Source: Planctomycetota bacterium (GTDB lineage: Bacteria > Planctomycetota > PLA2 > JAEUHO01). From it: a stretch of 64,000 nucleotides of DNA. Below are positions 59,401-64,000 of the stretch, piece by piece. The first letter of the stretch is position 1. Every line of letters starts with the position of its first letter. The stretch covers positions 142,711 through 206,710 of the forward strand of contig JBFWRP010000004.1 in assembly GCA_050248855.1 (NCBI GenBank), read 5' to 3'. The notes below the pieces were generated by a model. It had not been told where the DNA came from. It did not search any database and saw only the letters and a program-made list of their open reading frames with translations. The translations under genes were made by a program, and so were the position numbers.

Positions 59401-59963
59401 TGCTGCTGGCGCACTACGACGCGCTGCCATGGGGCGAGCCCGAGGGTCGCACCTACCCCGGTGCGGACGACAACGCGAGTGGTGTGGCCTGTCTCCTGGA
59501 CGTGGCGCGTCGTGTGGCCGAGGGCCAAGCCAAGCCCGGCGTCGACCTCTTGATCGCGTTCCCCGACGCGGAGGAGTGGGGCCTGCTCGGCAGCACGAAG
59601 CTGGTGGATGCGCTGAAGGACCGCTTCCGTCTCGACGCCGTCGTCAGCGTGGACAGCGTCGGCCGCGGCCTGTCGCAGCCTACCTACGTGATCGGCCAGA
59701 GCATCCACACCGACCTGGGAACCGCGCTCACCACGGCGATCGAGGCCGAAGGCATCGAGAAGGGCAAGGACATCGACCGCTTCGCCTTCGCCCACGGCTC
59801 CGACCACTGGCCCTTCCACCAAGCCGGCATCCCCGCGGTCTCTCTCTGGGCCAGCGACTACGCCGTCATGAACCGCCCCGTCGACACCATCGACGGCGTC
59901 GAACCCGAAGGCATCGTCCGCCTCGCCCGCGCCATCACCCGCTGGCTCGACACCTTCCGCTGA
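56442..59963 (+). CDS. Secreted dual metallopeptidase: M1-like gluzincin + M28 peptidase
   Basis: Signal peptide; HEYVH..X17..E and YGKG; AHYD, GADDNASG, AEE.GLLGS, SDH. Confidence 0.88.
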   Translation: MYTLARPLVAVSLLLLAGFALLAAPPAWAEEGAPRVERAAVTVRFDPPRQRLLAEATLDVDAVANGVLRLDLAPVLRITEVSIDGASRGAPLRDGQGGFEVPVPAGKHRVLVVYRGRLHDEVKAAEDLAWVAGDSTRGLVAPVGIFLTGGSRWIPWSEASPLVTVDVTAWAPKEMVVVCQGGVPTRTSLEVTGFDASGDALVPADGAADGTTSWVRSTFPGTIPTDGVSLSAGDYVVTSREVEGVTISTYFYPRHQQYAPLWLDSTEATVKRYASILGTYPHPKFDVVENFFQSGYGMPSFTLLGDKVIEYVSAKAMRGGGIPPGYLDHEYVHGWYGNGLFVDYVRGNWCEAITTYLSNYYAVELAGGGPESQEAIDHRRGVMERFCLRVHGEADIPLRAFTTKKEDSDNDIGYGKGSLFFHMIRRATAPDDAAWWSTLAAFTKENTGKVVLWQDWARAWRPEVGVGPFEQMAPWLDRPGLPLYALKFASAAPLDAAAPEGPHEVQVVVTETSVGAPFGGTLPFVVHGGEGESAWSRSGVVTMVDREGTARLRVPHRPTRVELDPAWHVARAIPKDELPLCLQGTLRAPGTGVIVVRGDEVAFGGLGQKLERSTGWTVVGPDYDLTAHDGPAIVLWLLEPGETAAPLQGQSLSGPASSLLATVSWNGHPRTWYVAASAQAAARAGYVPFYGWDTWVRFEGGIPVGRAVVRPPSRSTTYDLRAPEEQARLAADGVVKHMASADRSPGTEAHAALQAWLAARVPFPPLDMPHAQAGNDAFQILETWTAPKVTLRYTGGHRQGSLTDSDFRPVVFGADHADGAWRAVGEGSNRIAIVTWTDGDPAALWQDAHLRSRNGSAGVIYVVEDAIYDAMAPWLDRAASLTEAGQAQRDKKGRDGQRAHTGPIALWLSGRRAHLGLPFPEPLPMPVVVARRKAMPASPDEAQNPFAWIEEVALELDVKRTTRPARNLVFHHRAPGIESNGRRPAVLLLAHYDALPWGEPEGRTYPGADDNASGVACLLDVARRVAEGQAKPGVDLLIAFPDAEEWGLLGSTKLVDALKDRFRLDAVVSVDSVGRGLSQPTYVIGQSIHTDLGTALTTAIEAEGIEKGKDIDRFAFAHGSDHWPFHQAGIPAVSLWASDYAVMNRPVDTIDGVEPEGIVRLARAITRWLDTFR

Positions 59964-59970
59964 CCGCGAG

Positions 59971-61560
59971 TCACTTGGAGCTGGAGTCCTCGACCTCCAA
60001 GCGGATCACGCCTTTCGCGCTCGCCTCGATCGTGCGTGTCATGAACAGCGATCCCTGACGGGCGCGGAAACGGTAGCGCCCCGGCGTAACGAAGACGTTG
60101 GTGTCGACCGTGGCGAAACGCTTCGGCCGGTCGAGAAGCCGCCAGCGGCAGGCGGTCGTGCCGACGAACGTGCCGTCGAGCCAGTAGCGGGCGTCGTCGC
60201 CGAGCGCCTGCGAGGCGACGTCCAGCTCGATGTCGCCGGCGACGTTGGCCTTCTGGACCCGCAAGGCGCACATGGGCTCGAAAGTGAGCCTCACCGTCGT
60301 GACCTCACCCGCCGTCACGGCGAAGGGCGTGAGGTTCGTGGAGAACGCCTGCGCACCGTCGCGGTAGGCCGCTTGGATGGAGTGCTCCCCCACCGTGAGG
60401 GGAACGACCCATGTCGGACCGTCCAGCGTGGCCTGGAACGCGAGGAGATCGCCTGCTTGGTCCCGACGGGACTCGGAGGCCAAGATCACGTGCGGTTCGA
60501 CCTCGGCGCCTGCGAGGCCGAGCAGCTCGAAGCGCACGAAGCCCTCGCCGGGACGCACGAACGCCTGGACCTCGGCACGGTTCGTGCCGGGCCCCACGCG
60601 GCATGCGGGCAGGCGCTCGAAGTTGCACCACGCGAGCGTGGACTCGTAGGACACGAGGACTTCGTAGAGACCCTCCGGCAGGAAGAACACGCCGCGGCCA
60701 TTGCTACGAGTCTGTTCCCACTCGGCCATGGGGTGGCCGCTCGGCCGCACGGTCGCGCAGAGGCGGCCGGCGTCCAGCTCCATTCCGTTCCACGTCGCGC
60801 GCACCTCGAGCGAGGGGAGCTCGTGAGCCCGCAGCGTCGTCACGTCGAACCCCGACACGACCGTGATCGGCTCGATCGGCGCGTAGTGCGGCGAGCGGTG
60901 GACCACGGTCGCGGTCCAGGACGCACCGAGTGGCGCGGGGTGTGTGGCCCGTCCATCCATCCGGGTCGCCAGGCGCACGTCCTCGTCGTCTGGACGCTCG
61001 AGCTTCACCGTGACGAAGGGCATGGGCTTCCCGGTAGCTGCATCGAGCAGCTCGATGCGTACGGCGGCCTGCCCCAGCTGGACGTCACCCAGGTCCTTCA
61101 CGCCCGGCGTGTCAAGGCGAGCCCAGTGGTCGGGACCGACCCGCACCCGATCGAGCGACGTCGAGCACTCCAGCCCCAGTCGCCCCGGGCGCTCGAACCC
61201 GAAGGTCACGGGTTCGTCGAGGCCGCTCGTCTCGATGAAGTGCTCCAGGACGCGCCCTGTCCCGTCGTCGGCCTCCCACAGACCCCCCACGCGAACGCGC
61301 TCGGGCACGGCGCCACCGAAGGCGACGCGGAACGTCACCGCGTAGGGCTGCGCGTGCCCCGCAGGAGCCGGCCTCGTGGAGACCGCATCCGCACCCGGGT
61401 CGCCGTTGCTGCCGGCGAGACCCGGATCACGACCTCCCTCGACGGTGTCGCTGGCGGGACGCGCAGGCTCGACACCCTGGTCCATGCGCCACACGCTGGC
61501 CATCACCGCCACGACGGCGGCGGCGAGCAATGCGACCCGGAGCCCTCGCCGACGCGTCAT
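59971..61560 (-). CDS. Hypothetical exported beta-rich protein (carboxypeptidase-regulatory-like repeats)
   Basis: N-terminal TM helix; LLDAATGKP and LPEGLYEV strand motifs; TATCCT lies 8 nt before the ATG. Confidence 0.65.
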   Translation of the reverse strand: MTRRRGLRVALLAAAVVAVMASVWRMDQGVEPARPASDTVEGGRDPGLAGSNGDPGADAVSTRPAPAGHAQPYAVTFRVAFGGAVPERVRVGGLWEADDGTGRVLEHFIETSGLDEPVTFGFERPGRLGLECSTSLDRVRVGPDHWARLDTPGVKDLGDVQLGQAAVRIELLDAATGKPMPFVTVKLERPDDEDVRLATRMDGRATHPAPLGASWTATVVHRSPHYAPIEPITVVSGFDVTTLRAHELPSLEVRATWNGMELDAGRLCATVRPSGHPMAEWEQTRSNGRGVFFLPEGLYEVLVSYESTLAWCNFERLPACRVGPGTNRAEVQAFVRPGEGFVRFELLGLAGAEVEPHVILASESRRDQAGDLLAFQATLDGPTWVVPLTVGEHSIQAAYRDGAQAFSTNLTPFAVTAGEVTTVRLTFEPMCALRVQKANVAGDIELDVASQALGDDARYWLDGTFVGTTACRWRLLDRPKRFATVDTNVFVTPGRYRFRARQGSLFMTRTIEASAKGVIRLEVEDSSSK

Positions 61561-61597
61561 GGACCGCGAGGATAGCGCGGCCCGCCAGCGGTCCGCT

Positions 61598-62251
61598 TCA
61601 GGCCACGGCTTGGCCGCCGGTCGCGGCGGCGTCGGGTAACGGCGTGCGTAGCGCGCCGGCCAGGAAGGGCACCAAGCGGCGGGTGATGGCGGCCGGGTCG
61701 CCGACCTCGTCGGGATCCACGATGCCGATCACGTCGCGACCCGCCATGGCGTAGCTGACCGCGCCGGCCACGAAGTGCAGGCGCCAGAGCAGCTCGTCGG
61801 GGGGCAGCTCGGGCAGCGCCCGGGCCAAAGCCTCCTTGAAGCGCCGGAGCGCGGGCTCGTAGAGGCGGTCCATGAACCGCTCCGTGCCGGCCAGCTCGTC
61901 CGTGTGGCTGCGGGCCAGGAGCCGGATGAACTGGCGGTCCCGCTCGTCGTGGCTGCCGAGCATCTCCAGCGCGGGGCCCAGGAAGGCGTCCAGGATGGCG
62001 CGGACGCCGGGTCGACCGTCGAGGATCAGCGACAGCCGCCGCAGGCGCTCGGCGTTGAGCGGTGCCAAGCGGCGCTCGAAGACGCTCTCGATCAGGTGGG
62101 CCTTCGTGCCGAAGTGGTAGTTGACGGCCGCGAGGTTGACGCCGGCCGTGCCGGTGATCAGACGCATGCTGGTACCCGCGAACCCACGTCGCGCGAACAG
62201 CATCTCGGCCGCGTCCAAGATGCGTTCCTTGGTCGAGCGGTTGGACGCCAT
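61598..62251 (-). CDS. TetR/AcrR-family regulator (PsrA-like)
   Basis: TKERILDAAEMLFARRGF.GTSMR.IT..AGVNLAAVNYHFGTK; GGAGG SD. Confidence 0.93.
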   Translation of the reverse strand: MASNRSTKERILDAAEMLFARRGFAGTSMRLITGTAGVNLAAVNYHFGTKAHLIESVFERRLAPLNAERLRRLSLILDGRPGVRAILDAFLGPALEMLGSHDERDRQFIRLLARSHTDELAGTERFMDRLYEPALRRFKEALARALPELPPDELLWRLHFVAGAVSYAMAGRDVIGIVDPDEVGDPAAITRRLVPFLAGALRTPLPDAAATGGQAVA

Positions 62252-62311
62252 GGGGCCTCCATTGCGGGGCGCTCGCCACGGCTCTCCGGGGCGATGCCCC
62301 ACGCAAGGATG

Positions 62312-62339
62312 ACGGTAGACCCCGCCCCCCCGAGGTCAA
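62312..62339 (-). promoter_or_regulatory. Sigma70 promoter of the TetR gene, TTGACC-16-TACCGT
   Basis: -35 at 62334-62339 and -10 at 62312-62317 on the minus strand. Confidence 0.55.
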
Positions 62340-62399
62340 GACAACTCCGAGCGAATCGGAGGGCTCCCGGACAGTGGAGGAGGTGCGCCGCGCGGGCCG

Positions 62400-62405
62400 T
62401 ATCTT
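62400..62405 (+). promoter_or_regulatory. -10 box TATCTT, probable leaderless promoter of ispG
   Basis: TATCTT, 7 nt, then ATG(62413). Confidence 0.5.
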
Positions 62406-62412
62406 GGACCCA

Positions 62413-63522
62413 ATGAGTCTCTTGCAACCGCGTCGCAAGACCCGCAGCGTCCGCGTCGGCAACCTCGTGCTCGGATCGGATCACCCGATCCGCGTGCAGA
62501 CCATGACCAAAGGCGACACGGCCGACGTCTACAAGACGTTCGACGAAATCGTGGGCCTGGAAGCCACGGGCTGCGAGCTGGTGCGCCTGAGCGTGCCCAG
62601 CATGAAGCAGGCGCTCGCGCTGGGCGAGATCAAGCGCCGCGTCTCGATCCCGGTCGTGGCCGACATCCACTTCTCGGCGCCGCTGGCGCTCGAGGCCATC
62701 GCGCAGGGCGTCGACAAGGTGCGCATCAACCCCGGCAACATCGGCCGCCGTGACGAGGTCGAGAAGGTCGTGCGCGCCGCCAAGGACAAGGGCGTGGCCA
62801 TCCGCATCGGCGTCAACAGCGGCTCCATCCGCGAGCGCAAGGGCCTCTCCGTGAAGGCGGACGAAGAGGACCTCGTCGACCTCTGCGTACGCGAGGCGCT
62901 CTACCACGTGGAGATCCTCGAGGCGCTCGGCTTCTACGACACGGTCATCAGCATCAAGGCCCACACGATCGACCTGACGGTCGAGGCGAACCGCAAGCTG
63001 GCCGCGATGTGCGACTACCCGCTGCACCTGGGCGTCACGCACGCGGGCAGCCTCGTTCCGGCCACCATCAAGAGCAGCGCGGCCCTGGGCTTGCTCTTGA
63101 CCGAGGGCATCGGCGACACGATCCGCATCTCGATCACCGGCGACAACCGCGACGAGGTCAAGGTCGGCCACACGCTGCTGCAGCAGCTGGGCCTGAGGCA
63201 GCCGACCTTCGACGTGTATGCCTGCCCGTCCTGCGGCCGCGCCGAAGTCGATCTGATCGGCCTCACGAAGAAGGTCGAGGAGGCCACCAAGGGCCTCACC
63301 TACCCCTGCCGCGTGGCCGTCATGGGCTGCATCGTGAACGGCCCCGGCGAGGCCGCCGAGGCCGACGTGTCCATCAGCGCGGGCCGCGGCTTCGGCTTCA
63401 TCTACCGCGGCAGCGAGATGATCCGCAAGGTGGACGAAGCCGACCTCGTGACGGAGCTCCGCAAGGAGATCGACGCCTGGATCGCGGAGCGCCAAGCAGC
63501 GGAGGCAGCTGTCAACGGGTGA
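62413..63522 (+). CDS. ispG: 4-hydroxy-3-methylbut-2-en-1-yl diphosphate synthase (flavodoxin)
   Basis: VADIHF, RINPGN, IRIGVNSGS, YPLHLGVT, GIGDTIRIS, CPSCGR, MGCIVNGPGE. Confidence 0.97.
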   Translation: MSLLQPRRKTRSVRVGNLVLGSDHPIRVQTMTKGDTADVYKTFDEIVGLEATGCELVRLSVPSMKQALALGEIKRRVSIPVVADIHFSAPLALEAIAQGVDKVRINPGNIGRRDEVEKVVRAAKDKGVAIRIGVNSGSIRERKGLSVKADEEDLVDLCVREALYHVEILEALGFYDTVISIKAHTIDLTVEANRKLAAMCDYPLHLGVTHAGSLVPATIKSSAALGLLLTEGIGDTIRISITGDNRDEVKVGHTLLQQLGLRQPTFDVYACPSCGRAEVDLIGLTKKVEEATKGLTYPCRVAVMGCIVNGPGEAAEADVSISAGRGFGFIYRGSEMIRKVDEADLVTELRKEIDAWIAERQAAEAAVNG

Positions 63523-64000
63523 CGAGCATCCGGCCGCGTGACCCGACTTCGATCAGGCCCAGGCGGAACAGCAGCGGCTCGACGCGCTTGCGCACCGCCG
63601 TCTCCGAGAGGCCGAGGTACGCCGCGATCCGGCACAGCGTGACCGGCCCCTTGGCGGCGTGGAGCTCGTCCAGGTAGCGCTGGTGCTCGGGGTCCAGGCC
63701 CGCCTCGTCCAGATCCAGGCGCCGCAGGGCACCCAGCACCTGCTCGCGGCCCACGGGACGCGCAAGCCCCTCGTGGCACGCAACCTCGGCGCGAACGGCT
63801 TCGGTCAGGGCCCCCACCGTGCGCGGGCTGCCGCCCGCGACGCGGGCGATCAGCAGCGCGCCTTCCGTCTCGAGCGGGAAGTCGAAGCGCTTCGCCACGT
63901 CGCCGGCAATGGCGGCCAAATCGCCCGGCGCCATCAGCGTGAGCCGCTCCACGATGCGGAAGCGGCTCCGCACGGCATCGGAGATCTCCATCTCTTCCGT
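63512..64000 (-). CDS. Divergent RuvB-like AAA+ protein, C-terminal part (5' end beyond the window)
   Basis: RSRFRIVERL, GGSPR, LDEAGLD, GPV, VEPLL..LGLI...RGR follow the RuvB C-terminal pattern. Confidence 0.75.
   Translation of the reverse strand, partial: TEEMEISDAVRSRFRIVERLTLMAPGDLAAIAGDVAKRFDFPLETEGALLIARVAGGSPRTVGALTEAVRAEVACHEGLARPVGREQVLGALRRLDLDEAGLDPEHQRYLDELHAAKGPVTLCRIAAYLGLSETAVRKRVEPLLFRLGLIEVGSRGRMLVTR

Overview
A very GC-rich, gene-dense chromosomal window of about 53 genes plus one tRNA. An uncultured Planctomycetota-like host is inferred from gene content (ASPIC/UnbV FG-GAP proteins, RimK-TrkA-C); this is not proven. Housekeeping blocks: pabB-xerC, tRNA-Glu(TTC), tsaD, an S41 protease, rimK, livKHMGF, a complete mreBCD-mrdA-rodA elongasome operon, lnt-moeA, ribH-nusB-ftsY, tungstate tupABC, ispG and a partial divergent ruvB-like gene. 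The best candidate for an uncharacterised system is a translationally coupled four-gene operon at 47214-38153: nitrilase-family hydrolase, TPR/FG-GAP/ASPIC lipoprotein, membrane cytochrome-b-like + pentaheme c + TPR fusion, and membrane-anchored CRTAC1/ASPIC propeller. Other notable items: two dispersed copies of a ~106-bp hairpin with compensatory changes, one inside a 263-bp MITE-like element with IS66-like ends; a 16-bp palindromic tandem array; many apparently leaderless promoters; a DUF4011/DUF3320 (Hhe-like) helicase with a degenerate nuclease; several pseudo-enzyme domains; and a PBP2 with a Cys-rich insert. Start codons were chosen by eye and domain calls come from motif recognition, not database searches.
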